The notes: a model not told the origin generated them from the letters alone. A stretch of DNA of 60,360 nt from Clostridia bacterium (GCA_045576175.1 JAZNFW010000116.1:1-60360), one strand, 5' to 3'; counted from the first letter of the stretch, positions 9,323-19,613 are shown. Made by a program: numbers and translations.

Positions 9323-11118
9323 TGGAAAGAAAAAGCTTTAGAAAAATCTTAACACTTTCCCTTGTTGTTGTGCTCTCGCTTATGATTACCGTAATGCCGG
9401 TAAGTGCTACATTTAATGTAGCACCTACCGATATCAGAAACGGTGTCGTAACAGTAAGCGGAACAGCAGCAGGCGGAGAGGGTACAGTAAATATTTTTGT
9501 ATTAAATCCCGGCGTTACATCAGCAGCTACACCTGCGGATATTCAGCACATGGGTTCTGTTGAGGCAGCTGCAGATGGCTCCTTCACATACCAGTTGCCC
9601 ATAAGTGTTGATGATACTTTCGTTGATGGTACATTCACATTCTATGTAGGTGGTAACGCTTACGGTGCTCCCGAAAGCAAGAGCTTCTACTATGTATCCT
9701 TTAGCAAGAAACTCACTGCAGCTTTAGCAGTTGATGCTGCAATTATAGATTTAGTTAACGCAAGCGAAGCTGATAAAGAAGCTAAGATTGCAGCTGCAGT
9801 TGCAACTCTCACAGATATCGTAGAACCTGATCCTTCAAATGCGCAGATCCTCAGCTTAAACGATGCATTCTTTGCAGTAGATACTGCTGAGATTGTTAAA
9901 GCTCTTGCTAATTACTATGAACAGACTCCTATCGATTTTGTGACAGATGATGTTGCAGCTGTTACAGAACTTGTAGACACAATAAACAAGCTTTCCTATC
10001 TCCAGGCATTCAGAGAGGGAGAGGGCGAAGTTCTCTTTAATGAACTGGGAAATATTGTTTGTGATGATGTTTTAGGTCTCACAGCAAAGCTTGATGCAAC
10101 AACCACACTTTCTGCTATTCGTTCCGGATTAGGCAGCGGACTTATTTCCTCAATCAATAATTCACTTCTTAATGTAGATATAATAGACGAAAACGATCTT
10201 GCTCAGAAATATGCATACAGCATAATCCTTTATGCATTAAAGAATACAGAAACACTTGGATATGATTATATAGATGATATCCTTACAGCAGCTAATGCAA
10301 ACTATGCACTTCTTGCAATCCCCAACTATCTTGCACTTACAACAGGCAAGTCTTCTGCAAATGCTCAGTTAGCTGCAGGAAAAGCAGCTCTTAATGCTTC
10401 CAACCTTGCAACAACTATTGAAGCTGCAGCTACAACTTCTAGCAACCAGGGAACCCTTCCTCCTTTAGGTACAGACAGAGAAGATGACGACGATGATTTC
10501 GGCAGAGGAGAAACAGTTACATTTGGACCCGGCGTAGCAACAAGCCCCGCAGATCCTATTATCCCTGTAACACCTGTAGTTCCCGAAGTTAAGGATGTAT
10601 TTAGTGACATCGCAGGCTTTGACTGGGCAAAAGAAGCAATCGAAAACCTTGCTGCAAAAAATATCATAGCAGGTACAGGTGATGGCAGCTTCAATCCCGA
10701 AGGTCAGCTCACAAGAGAGCAGGCAGCAAAGATTGTATGCCTTGCACTCGGCTTTGAAATCCCCGCACAGGCAGAAGGCGCATTTGCAGACGAAATTGCA
10801 GGCGCTTGGTATCAGCCTTACCTTGCAGCAGCAAGAGCTAACGGTATAGCAAACGGCCAGGGTGAAAACCTCTTTGGCATAGGCGATAGCATTTCCAGAC
10901 AGGACTTTGCAGCTATGCTCTACAGAGCACTTGGCGTTAGCGAAACTGCAGAACTCACATTTGCAGATGCACAGGATATCAGCGATTATGCAAAAGATGC
11001 AGTTGCATACCTTGCAGGCAAAAAGGTTATAAACGGTTATACCGATGGCACATTCAAACCTGCAGCGTCCATAACACGCGCAGAAGCAGCTAAGTTAGTT
11101 TACGAACTTATTAAATAA
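9322..11118 (+). CDS. Cell-surface SLH-domain protein (N-terminal Ig-like module, helical middle, acidic/Pro linker, three C-terminal SLH repeats)
   Basis: Signal peptide (LSLVVVLSLMITVMPVSA). Three SLH-like repeats: FSDIAGFDWAKEAIENLAAKNIIAGTGDGSFNPEGQLTREQAAKIV, FADEIAGAWYQPYLAAARANGIANGQ..ISRQDFAAMLYRAL, FADAQDISDYAKDAVAYLAGKKVINGYTDGTFKPAASITRAEAAKLV. The start overlaps the upstream stop by 1 nt (TAATG). Confidence 0.85.
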   Translation: MERKSFRKILTLSLVVVLSLMITVMPVSATFNVAPTDIRNGVVTVSGTAAGGEGTVNIFVLNPGVTSAATPADIQHMGSVEAAADGSFTYQLPISVDDTFVDGTFTFYVGGNAYGAPESKSFYYVSFSKKLTAALAVDAAIIDLVNASEADKEAKIAAAVATLTDIVEPDPSNAQILSLNDAFFAVDTAEIVKALANYYEQTPIDFVTDDVAAVTELVDTINKLSYLQAFREGEGEVLFNELGNIVCDDVLGLTAKLDATTTLSAIRSGLGSGLISSINNSLLNVDIIDENDLAQKYAYSIILYALKNTETLGYDYIDDILTAANANYALLAIPNYLALTTGKSSANAQLAAGKAALNASNLATTIEAAATTSSNQGTLPPLGTDREDDDDDFGRGETVTFGPGVATSPADPIIPVTPVVPEVKDVFSDIAGFDWAKEAIENLAAKNIIAGTGDGSFNPEGQLTREQAAKIVCLALGFEIPAQAEGAFADEIAGAWYQPYLAAARANGIANGQGENLFGIGDSISRQDFAAMLYRALGVSETAELTFADAQDISDYAKDAVAYLAGKKVINGYTDGTFKPAASITRAEAAKLVYELIK

Positions 11119-11130
11119 TAGGAGGGATAA

Positions 11131-14091
11131 ATGATGAAGAAATTAATAGCTCTTTTTATAGCTGTAAGTATGATTTTGACTATCGTTCCCTCTGTTGTAG
11201 CAACAGCGGACAATGGGGTTCTTACAGCAAACGAACAGTCACTTAACCGTGTATACGGCTTAGGTCTTATGCCCCATATAGCAAGAGACCAGTATGCAGG
11301 CGAAGCACAGATCACCAGAGGCGAGCTTGCTTGGATACTCCAGAATATCTATAGCTATATAGAAACAACCAACTCTACAGACTTTACATGGCAGTTCTAT
11401 GGAAACAGTGCTCTTGACAACGATGTGTTAAAGATGCCTCCTGTAGATTCAATCCCCACATTCCAGGATGTTAACCAGTCTCACTGGGCATTTGGACTTA
11501 TTGAAACTGTAGCAAAAGCAGGCATCATGAACGGTGTATCTGCTACAGAATTCCGTCCCGATGATTACATCACAGTAGAACAGCTTGTTAAATGTATCGT
11601 TGCACTTCTTGGCTACGAAGCTAAGGCTCAGTACTACGGTGGCTATCCCAATGGTTATATGAGAGTTGCCAGCGAGCTTGATATTCTCGACGGTGTAAAT
11701 GCTTACGGCGTAGCTACAAACGATACACTTGTTAAGCTTCTTGATAACTCTCTCGAAACAAGACTTATGAGCTCCGACTCTTTAGTTGGCGATGGAAACG
11801 ATCAGTACCTTGTAAGCCAGACTACAAATGAAACCTTTCTTACAGGCATTCTTGGACTTGGCAAAGCAGAGGGCACAATGTCCGACAACTCTATAACAGG
11901 ACTTTTGAATGACAGTATAGTAGAAACAAACGAATTTGTAATAAACAACACTCTTCTTAAGGCAGAATCTGTAGTTGCAAACACAATGTACAATTTCATA
12001 GGCCGTGATGTTGAGTGCTACTATGTAAAAGATGCAAAGAGCAGAAAGGCTAACCAGGTAGTTTATGCAGCTCTCACAGGCAAAGACACAGTTACAACAA
12101 TTGTTCCCGAGGATTTTATAAGCTACTCTGCAGGTCAGTTTAACTACTACAATGGCGAAAGGGAAGACAAAGTAAAGGTTACAGACCTCTTTGCACTCAT
12201 CTACAACGGCAAGGCTCGTACAACTTACGATGCAAGCATATTCGATATCGAACAGGGTTCAATCAAGATTATAAAAGCACCCAAGGGTTCTATGGATATT
12301 GTTATAATCGAAGATTACGAAACATGGTATGTAGCTGCATCCGATAAGGATAAGCAGATTATCTACAACCGTTTTGAAGGTGCAGGTTTAAGCGCAATCT
12401 GTGCAGATGACTATAATTACATTACAGTTTACAAGGCAGACGGTACAGCAGGTGCTATTACCGATATCGAAGCAGGTATGGTAATTGATGTTGCTGCAAA
12501 CGGCGATTGTGTAACAATTTATATAAACGATGCTTCCGAAGCACTTGTTATCGAAGCTCTTGAAAATGTTGGCGGAGTAGACAAGTATATTTCCGGCGAC
12601 AGATCTTTCGAAGTAGCTAGTGTATATGCAAACTATGATGCAGGTATCAAGTTTAAAACTGGCGACGAAGTAACAGTTTATTTAAATAAGTTTGGCAAGA
12701 TTGCATGGGCTATCTACGGTGTAGAAGAAACCTACAAGGTTGGTCGAATTCTTGACCTCGAAAACCGTATGGAAGATATGAAGACAGAGGCTGCCTTCCT
12801 TATCTACGATATCACTGATAAGACAGGTGTTACCTACTATGCAAACAGCAAGGTGGTTGTAAGTAACTCTGTAGGTGTAGAAACACCATATCGTGATATG
12901 ACAGCTCTTGTAACCTATATTAAAAATCTTTCCGATTATCGCAGTATCATAAGATATCAGGTAAACGCTGACAAGAAGATTACCTATATTGAATTCCCGA
13001 TTCTTGACGGTGCAACATATCCTATGGATAAGCTCACACTTATCTATGATAATGTTAATGACGCTTCTATTAAGTATCGTAACAGCAACTTCGGTGCTAA
13101 GTTTATTGTAGATAGCACCACACAGGTAATCTGTCACTTCGACCCTGCAAAGATGGACGATATGGAAAACTACGAAGTACAGACAACATCCCAGGCTTTC
13201 GAAAACGAAAAGGATTACGGTGAATCTGGTGATGGTGTTGGTAAAGATGTTAAGGCATATGTAACGAAGAGAGGCTCCAAGAAGGCAGAATATATCACAT
13301 ACGAGGGTGCTTCACAGGCGGCAGCTCTTACATACACAAACTCCGGTACTAACTTTATAGTTGTTAAGAACTGCAAAAACATCTACGATACAACAGAAGA
13401 AGCAGTGGTACCTTCAATAAGTGGTATGAGCTGTAAGGCTAATGCCAGTGCAAAGGGCGCCGAGACAACACTCAAGCTTCGTGCAAATGCTACTGTTACA
13501 GATCTTCTCGGCAACTCCTTCAACGGAACAATTGAACCCGGTGATATAGTATTCTACGGCACAGATGAAGAAGGATATGTTACAAAACTTTCTGTACTTT
13601 GGGATGAAAATGGTGTTAACCCCGCAAGCTCCACCGGTACACTCGGTGCAATTGCAGGTTCCACAGGCTTAAATAACACTGCTGCAGCAAGTGGCAATAC
13701 CCCGGCTGTATTGGGTAACCCCTTCACACTTAATGGTGCTAATGAAATCAAGACCTATAGTTTTGGTGCCGGTCCTGTTGCTGTATTCTACGGCTCACTC
13801 TTAAACTACAACTATGGTGCATTGGAACTTACAACACAGGATATCCAGGCAAACGGATATACTCCCGGATTAGCAAACTACAGAGATTCCATATGGACAA
13901 CACCTACAAACTCCATCTATGTAACACTTTCCGGTAAGGATAATGTTCAGGCATTCTACGGGGCAACAGCTTCTATAGCTCATCTCAGACCTTACTCGGA
14001 TTACAAGGAAACCTGCACAAGAGTTATCGTAATGTCTAACTATGCTCAGATTTCCAAGGTTATATTCATAAACGGTAGTTTAGAAAGATAA
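11131..14091 (+). CDS. Cell-surface protein with N-terminal SLH repeats and a large uncharacterised beta-rich body
   Basis: Signal peptide (LIALFIAVSMILTIVPSVVATA). SLH-like segments ITRGELAWILQNIY and FQDVNQSHWAFGLIETVAKAGIMNGVSATEFRPDDYITVEQLVKCIVALLGY. RBS GGAGGG; the second ATG at 11134 has better spacing, so the start is uncertain by 3 nt. Confidence 0.8.
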   Translation: MMKKLIALFIAVSMILTIVPSVVATADNGVLTANEQSLNRVYGLGLMPHIARDQYAGEAQITRGELAWILQNIYSYIETTNSTDFTWQFYGNSALDNDVLKMPPVDSIPTFQDVNQSHWAFGLIETVAKAGIMNGVSATEFRPDDYITVEQLVKCIVALLGYEAKAQYYGGYPNGYMRVASELDILDGVNAYGVATNDTLVKLLDNSLETRLMSSDSLVGDGNDQYLVSQTTNETFLTGILGLGKAEGTMSDNSITGLLNDSIVETNEFVINNTLLKAESVVANTMYNFIGRDVECYYVKDAKSRKANQVVYAALTGKDTVTTIVPEDFISYSAGQFNYYNGEREDKVKVTDLFALIYNGKARTTYDASIFDIEQGSIKIIKAPKGSMDIVIIEDYETWYVAASDKDKQIIYNRFEGAGLSAICADDYNYITVYKADGTAGAITDIEAGMVIDVAANGDCVTIYINDASEALVIEALENVGGVDKYISGDRSFEVASVYANYDAGIKFKTGDEVTVYLNKFGKIAWAIYGVEETYKVGRILDLENRMEDMKTEAAFLIYDITDKTGVTYYANSKVVVSNSVGVETPYRDMTALVTYIKNLSDYRSIIRYQVNADKKITYIEFPILDGATYPMDKLTLIYDNVNDASIKYRNSNFGAKFIVDSTTQVICHFDPAKMDDMENYEVQTTSQAFENEKDYGESGDGVGKDVKAYVTKRGSKKAEYITYEGASQAAALTYTNSGTNFIVVKNCKNIYDTTEEAVVPSISGMSCKANASAKGAETTLKLRANATVTDLLGNSFNGTIEPGDIVFYGTDEEGYVTKLSVLWDENGVNPASSTGTLGAIAGSTGLNNTAAASGNTPAVLGNPFTLNGANEIKTYSFGAGPVAVFYGSLLNYNYGALELTTQDIQANGYTPGLANYRDSIWTTPTNSIYVTLSGKDNVQAFYGATASIAHLRPYSDYKETCTRVIVMSNYAQISKVIFINGSLER

Positions 14092-14104
14092 TTTTATTAA
14101 AATT

Positions 14105-14128
14105 CGGTGGGGAATTTTTCCCCACCGG
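14105..14128 (+). terminator. Stem-loop terminating the surface operon
   Basis: Perfect 8-bp GC-rich hairpin CGGTGGGG-aattttt-CCCCACCG, 14 nt after the stop at 14091. The downstream T-tract is weak (gatttct). Confidence 0.55.
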
Positions 14129-14269
14129 ATTTCTAATACTTGCTTTAGAAACGAGCAATAATGCAGAGACCACTACTTTCCGAAACGATATAAGAAAAAA
14201 GGTTGGATAAACAAGATTTCTAAGTATTGTATCTATGAAAATTATTTTAATTAATAGTCCTTTTAAATT

Positions 14270-14778
14270 TGAAAACTCGGCAGAAATATATAGAGTGCAT
14301 CAATGACGGAAATGATATAGTTATTTTCGTGCGCGACTAATTACACCAATGTAGATGAGATTAACTTCAACATTTCACAAAGAGCACTCACACTTATAAC
14401 AATCGAAAGCAATATGATATCCTATAATTTTAAAAAAGGTTAATAGGGTAACCATTATAAATATATCCTCCCGACAAAGAGTTTTTGGGCTAGCCTATGA
14501 GCTTTTAAAAACAGGGAAAATAAAATACAGATTTTAGAATACATAAAGGGCACAAGCAACAGCTTATGGAGCTTTCTTATGGTACAGAAAAGACTGTGGT
14601 AGCTTCATTGAGAGCACCGAGTGTGTATTACAATTACTTTGAAAATGCAAATGCATACATAAGTGCTTATTCTTCCGATGCAGGAACGATGAAAGCATTT
14701 GTAGATGGTATATTAGGTGATTTTGACTTTACAGGAAAGTCACCTGTAAGAATGGCACCTATACCTGTACAAGAATAG
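14270..14778 (+). pseudogene. Decayed third copy of the tandem GH3 gene (internally deleted relic; only the last ~70 codons remain an ORF)
   Basis: 14566..14778 translates to ...EKTVVASLRAPSVYYNYFENANAYISAYSSDAGTMKAFVDGILGDF, which matches the C-termini of both GH3 genes. Upstream DNA 14277-14565 aligns in patches with 15655-16120 of the intact copy (e.g. cagattttagaatacataaag, accataataaatatatc), with several deletions and stops. The unit junction tagtaaggag..aaaatg is conserved too. Confidence 0.8.
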
Positions 14779-14794
14779 TAAGGAGAATGACAAA

Positions 14795-16411
14795 ATGACC
14801 AGACCAAAATTAAGTGAAATGACTCTTCGCGAGAAGATAGGACAAACAGGAATGCCCGGACCCAATGTTATAAGACAAGGTGTAGTAAAATACGGCGGTT
14901 ATGATAACTACTTAAATGCGGTTCCCTTTTCGGGCATATACATAGATCGTTCTATGGTAGATAAAGACGGCAACACCTTCACTTCCAAAGAGGTACTCGG
15001 AAAGACACTTACCGATTCATCCAAAAATCTCAAGATACCTATGCTTGTAACCTGCGATTTTGAGCTTGGTCCAAAGCAAATGTTTTCCGAGCTTCACAGA
15101 ATACCATCCAATCTTTCGGTGGCGGCAGCACGCTCCAAGGAATTGGCATACAAGAGGGCTTACTACTTTGCAAAAGAGGTTATGTCCCTTGGTGTCAACT
15201 GGATTTTCGGACCCGTTGGTGACCTAGTTGTAAACTTTTTCGCTCAGTCTGTAAGATACCTTGGCGAAGATCCCGAGAATGCAAAACAGCTTTACCCCGA
15301 AATGATAAAGGGTATGCAGGACGCCGGCGCTGCTGCTTGTGCAAAGCACTTCCCAGGCGGCGGTACAGAGTATAGAGACCAGCATTTCTGCGCAACATAC
15401 AACAATGCCACAGTAGAAGAATGGTTTAAAAAAGAAGGGGAAATCTGGAAAGCTGCAATTGAGGCAGGCGCCAAGACCTTTATGATAGGCCACGCACCTG
15501 CTCCCAACTTTGACAACTCCTGTGCAAGAGGCAAGGTAGTAAGACCGGCTTCCGCATCTAAGAAGATTATAGATATCTTGAGAAAAGATTTGGGATTTGA
15601 CGGACTTATAGTAAGCGATGCTGTAAGTATGCGTTCCCTTTCCTCCGCATTCGGAAGCGACGAAGATATCTATGTAGAGTGCTTCAATGCAGGAAATGAC
15701 ATAGTTCTCTTTGTACACGACAATTATATCGACATAATGGAAAAGGCTGTAAAAGACGGCAGAGTAAGTATGGAAAGGCTAGACGAGGCAGTAGAAAGAG
15801 TCTTGGACCTTAAAGAAGAACTTGGTCTCTTTGATGGCGTAAAGCTTGCTCCTCTTCTTACCGAAGAAGAAAACAAGCTTTTTGATGAAGTTAATTACTC
15901 TATTTCCCAAAAAGCACTCACGCTTGTGGTTAACGAACACAATATGCTTCCCTTTAACCCCGAAAAGGTCAAGAGGGCAACCATAATAAATATATCTCCC
16001 GATGCAGGTTTTTTAGGTGACCTTGAAGCTATGAAAGAGGAATTTGAAAGAAGGGGCATTAAAGCACAGATTTTAGAATACATAAAGACAAAAGAACAGT
16101 TTATGGAGCTTTCTGAAACAGAAGACATAATAGTGTATGCTTGTGCCCCTGGAAGAATGGACTTCTATAGTTCTCCACAGGATTTAAGCACACTCTTCCA
16201 CTCACTTTCCTTTGGTGCGGAAAAGACGGTAGTAGCATCCTTTAAGGCACCGAGTGTGTATTACAACTATTTTGAAAATGCAAATGCGTATATCAATGCA
16301 TATTCCTCAGACGCAGGAACAATGAAAGCTTTTGTCAGCGGTATATTGGGTGATTTCAAAATTGATGGTGTTTCACCCGTAAGATTGGCACCCATCAAGA
16401 TAGAAGAGTAG
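14795..16411 (+). CDS. Cytoplasmic glycoside hydrolase family 3, NagZ-like (probable beta-N-acetylhexosaminidase; specificity unproven)
   Basis: No signal peptide. GH3 motifs KHFPGGGTEYRDQH (KHFPGxG plus a D-x-H dyad as in NagZ-type enzymes) and GLIVSDAVSM (nucleophile Asp context). RBS AAGGAGAA. Confidence 0.75.
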   Translation: MTRPKLSEMTLREKIGQTGMPGPNVIRQGVVKYGGYDNYLNAVPFSGIYIDRSMVDKDGNTFTSKEVLGKTLTDSSKNLKIPMLVTCDFELGPKQMFSELHRIPSNLSVAAARSKELAYKRAYYFAKEVMSLGVNWIFGPVGDLVVNFFAQSVRYLGEDPENAKQLYPEMIKGMQDAGAAACAKHFPGGGTEYRDQHFCATYNNATVEEWFKKEGEIWKAAIEAGAKTFMIGHAPAPNFDNSCARGKVVRPASASKKIIDILRKDLGFDGLIVSDAVSMRSLSSAFGSDEDIYVECFNAGNDIVLFVHDNYIDIMEKAVKDGRVSMERLDEAVERVLDLKEELGLFDGVKLAPLLTEEENKLFDEVNYSISQKALTLVVNEHNMLPFNPEKVKRATIINISPDAGFLGDLEAMKEEFERRGIKAQILEYIKTKEQFMELSETEDIIVYACAPGRMDFYSSPQDLSTLFHSLSFGAEKTVVASFKAPSVYYNYFENANAYINAYSSDAGTMKAFVSGILGDFKIDGVSPVRLAPIKIEE

Positions 16412-16427
16412 TAAGGAGGCATATAAA

Positions 16428-18089
16428 ATGGCTAAACCAAAATTAAGTGAAATGACTCTTCGTGAAAAGATAGGACAAACAGGAATGCCCGGCCCGGGAG
16501 TAGTTAGGGCAGGCATTGTAGAACACGGTGGCTACAAGGAGTATTTAAGTGCATTCCCCTTTGGCGGAATTTATCTTGACCGTTCTATGATAGATAAAGA
16601 CGGCAACAAGTTTGAGTCTCCATATCAGGTTTCAAAAACTCTTGCAGATGCAAGCAACAGCTTAAAGTATCCTATTTTTGTAAGTGCCGATGCAGAGTTC
16701 GGTGCACAGGGTATATTTCCTGAGCTTCACGCTATATCCACTAACCTCTCGGTAGGTGCGGCAAACGACGGAGAACTTGCAAGAGAAAGAAGCTATATGT
16801 GGGCAAGAGAAATGCAGCTTATGGGCGTTAACTGGCCTTTCGGACCTGTTGGCGATTTAAAGAACAGCTTCTTCTCATCATCTACAACCCGTTCTATAGC
16901 AAGTGCAGATAATGCACATATAGTAAGAGATATGCTCCCCTATATGATAGAGGGTGTACAAAAAGCAGGCGTTGCTGCCTGTGCAAAGCACTTCCCCGGA
17001 GGATTTGGCGGTTACCGCGACGGTCACTTTGCTTCTACAGGGAGTGTAAAGGGGCTCAAGAACTTAAATAAAGAAGAATATATGAAAAAATGGAACGAAA
17101 AATATCGTCCCATCTGGAAAGCAGCAGTAGACGCAGGTGTTAAATCCTTTATGACGGCGCACGGTGCTATGCCTGCTGTGGATGATTCCGTAACAAGAGG
17201 AACCAATATAAGACCTGGTTCAGCATCCAAGAAGGTTGTAGGGCTCCTTAGAGAAGACCTTGGCTTTAACGGCGTAATCGTAACAGATGCTGTAAGTATG
17301 AGAAATCTCTCCTCATCTTTTGAGTACGAAGATATCTATATTGAGTGCTTCAACGCAGGTAACGATGTAATCCTCTTTGTTCGTGACGACTACTTTGAAA
17401 TTATGGAAAAAGCAGTTTTAGACGGCAGAATAAGTATGGAACGACTCGATGAGTCCGTACAACGTATTCTTGATATGAAAGAAGAAATCGGACTCTTTGA
17501 TGGTGAAATCAAGCCCGCAAGAGCACTTACAGATGAAGAAAACGAATACTTCAACAAGGTAAACTACGACATCGCAAAGAAGGCTCTCACCCTCGTTAAA
17601 AACGATGGAAATATGCTTCCCTTCGATGCAAATAAGGTAAAGAACGTTACCATAATAAATATTTCTCCCTACAAGCCCTTCTTAGATGATATCGGCCATA
17701 TGGTAAAAGCATTTGAAGAACGTGGCATAAGAGCAAATGTTATGGAATATGTAAAAACCAAGGAACAGTTAAGGGAACTCTCTGAGACCGAAGATATAAT
17801 CATCTACGCATGCTATATGTCTAAGTCTCGCCCTCAGGGAATGTCATTCTATTCCTCAAAGGAGGATATGAGTACACTTTTCCACTCCCTTTCATACGGA
17901 GCAGAAAAGACAGTTGTAGCATCTTTTGGTCAGCCTTCAATTTACTACAACTATTTCGAAAATGCCGATGCATTCATAAATGCATATTCTCCCGATATAG
18001 GAACAATGAGAGCATTTGTCGATGCAATTTTAGGCGATTTTGAATTCACAGGCAAGTCCCCGGTAAGACTTACACCGGAGCTTATGTAA
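16428..18089 (+). CDS. Cytoplasmic glycoside hydrolase family 3, NagZ-like, tandem paralogue
   Basis: KHFPGGFGGYRDGH and GVIVTDAVSM. Collinear with 14795..16411 along its whole length. RBS AAGGAGG. Confidence 0.75.
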   Translation: MAKPKLSEMTLREKIGQTGMPGPGVVRAGIVEHGGYKEYLSAFPFGGIYLDRSMIDKDGNKFESPYQVSKTLADASNSLKYPIFVSADAEFGAQGIFPELHAISTNLSVGAANDGELARERSYMWAREMQLMGVNWPFGPVGDLKNSFFSSSTTRSIASADNAHIVRDMLPYMIEGVQKAGVAACAKHFPGGFGGYRDGHFASTGSVKGLKNLNKEEYMKKWNEKYRPIWKAAVDAGVKSFMTAHGAMPAVDDSVTRGTNIRPGSASKKVVGLLREDLGFNGVIVTDAVSMRNLSSSFEYEDIYIECFNAGNDVILFVRDDYFEIMEKAVLDGRISMERLDESVQRILDMKEEIGLFDGEIKPARALTDEENEYFNKVNYDIAKKALTLVKNDGNMLPFDANKVKNVTIINISPYKPFLDDIGHMVKAFEERGIRANVMEYVKTKEQLRELSETEDIIIYACYMSKSRPQGMSFYSSKEDMSTLFHSLSYGAEKTVVASFGQPSIYYNYFENADAFINAYSPDIGTMRAFVDAILGDFEFTGKSPVRLTPELM

Positions 18090-18110
18090 AAAGAAAAGAG
18101 GCGTATTAAA

Positions 18111-19409
18111 ATGGCAAAATTCAGCGTAGGTTTTGGAAAGGTAGACATTACTCCTCCCTTGGATACACTCCTTTATGGCTATCCCAGAGAGCGCAGAGCA
18201 CAGAAAGTTCTTGATTCACTCTGGCTACGAGCAATGGCAATATCAAACGGGAATGATACAGTTCTCTTTTTGAGCGGCGACCTTTGCGCAATCGACAGAC
18301 ACGTATGGGCGCAAATAAAGAAAGACCTTGCCGTAAAGCTCGGTTTAAAGGCAGAAAACATTCTTTTTGCCTGCACACATACTCACTCCGGCCCAGCTAC
18401 TCGCGGTAGTGCAGGTTGGGGTGCTATAAATTCAGAATATATCACATCTGTTATAGTTCCTGCTTGCTATGAATCCGGCAAAATGGCTTTGGACTCTATG
18501 CAGGAAGCTGTTATGGGTGTGGGCACTATAGACTGCCACGCCGCTATGAACAGACGCCAGATAAAAGATGGTGAAGTCATTTTAGGTCAGAACCCCACAG
18601 GTCCCTACGATCCTACAATGACAGTAATTACATTTAAAAATCCAAGTGGCAACACAATAGCGTCCTTTGTACACTATGCTTGTCACCCCACAGTGGCAGG
18701 TGCAAATCTCTCTGTTACAAGAGACTGGCCCGGCTATGTGGTAGACAGACTGGAAGAAATTACCGGTTCACCCTGTATTTACTTTAATGGTGCAGAGGGT
18801 GATGTAGGCCCCCGTCTTTCCAACGGTAGAACCACAGCAACAGAACCCTATATAGCACAGATAGGTTTAACCGCTGCAGACGATGCGCAGAGAGCTTATG
18901 AATCTATTACAGAGTTTAAGGCTCCTTCGCTCAAAGTCCTCACCGGAATCACAAAGTATCCTTACATTTCGCTTCCCACATTGGAAGAAGTAGAAGCAGA
19001 ACTCAAGGCACTCGGCGATCCCGATAAGCTCGTGGCAACACAGATTTCCAAGTATACACAGTACTGCAAGATAAGAGATATCCACCTTGCAGGAGAAGAA
19101 ATGCCCGACCATCTTGATGTTGAGGTAACTGCAATAGCATTAGACGATCTTGCTATAGTTCCCTTTGGTTTTGAAGCTTTCTGCGAGCATGCATTAAACT
19201 TAAAAAAGAAATCTCCCTACAAGGATACAATTTTTATGGGACTTACAGGCGGAAGCTTTGGTTATCTTCCCACATTGGAGCAGATTCCCTACGGTGGATA
19301 CGAGGTTCAGTCCTTCCACGCTGCAAGCATTCCTCAGTTTGATGATAACCTTGGAAACATCATAATAGATCAGGTTGTTGAGATTTTAAGCAAACTTAAA
19401 AATAACTAA
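18111..19409 (+). CDS. Cytoplasmic neutral/alkaline-ceramidase-like amidohydrolase (N-terminal catalytic domain only)
   Basis: No signal peptide. GKVDITPP...LYGYP, zinc-site-like CTHTHSGP, and NGAEGDVGPRLSNG, which resembles the neutral-ceramidase amidase motif NxGDVSPN. Confidence 0.6.
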   Translation: MAKFSVGFGKVDITPPLDTLLYGYPRERRAQKVLDSLWLRAMAISNGNDTVLFLSGDLCAIDRHVWAQIKKDLAVKLGLKAENILFACTHTHSGPATRGSAGWGAINSEYITSVIVPACYESGKMALDSMQEAVMGVGTIDCHAAMNRRQIKDGEVILGQNPTGPYDPTMTVITFKNPSGNTIASFVHYACHPTVAGANLSVTRDWPGYVVDRLEEITGSPCIYFNGAEGDVGPRLSNGRTTATEPYIAQIGLTAADDAQRAYESITEFKAPSLKVLTGITKYPYISLPTLEEVEAELKALGDPDKLVATQISKYTQYCKIRDIHLAGEEMPDHLDVEVTAIALDDLAIVPFGFEAFCEHALNLKKKSPYKDTIFMGLTGGSFGYLPTLEQIPYGGYEVQSFHAASIPQFDDNLGNIIIDQVVEILSKLKNN

Positions 19410-19613
19410 TTGAAATCTTAAAGTCTCTTAAGAGCAAACAATAAAGTATTAAGAAATTTTTGAGACATCTTAAAATGTACAATATAATGAATTTGCAGAT
19501 GTCAAAAGACTTTTGGTGTCAAATAAAAGGCAAATTTTTGGGAAAATTTTGTTAATATAGTGTATTGCTACGGCATAACACTTGTGGTACAATGTTTTAA
19601 AGGAGATGATTTC

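Noticed and set aside
14566-14778. 70-aa ORF that could be read as a small standalone gene
   Set aside because: It is the intact tail of a decayed GH3 copy. It has no credible RBS or start context, and the upstream DNA is recognisably the same gene with deletions.
19499-19530. TGTCAAA direct repeats here (atgtcaaaagacttttggtgtcaaata) and at 25019-25035 (tgtcaaaaatgtcaaat) as a second regulator motif
   Set aside because: The 7-mer is short and AT-rich, and the spacing differs (17 versus 9 nt). The first site also folds as a simple CAAAAG/CTTTTG palindrome. A chance occurrence cannot be excluded without genome-wide counts.
19560-19613. N-terminal extensions given by the track here and for 38778, 38700, 48911, 51310 and 52084
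   Set aside because: Internal ATGs with GGAGG-type RBS at 6-8 nt align with paralogue or family N-termini. The extensions encode hydrophobic junk or overlap terminators and the RNA gene.
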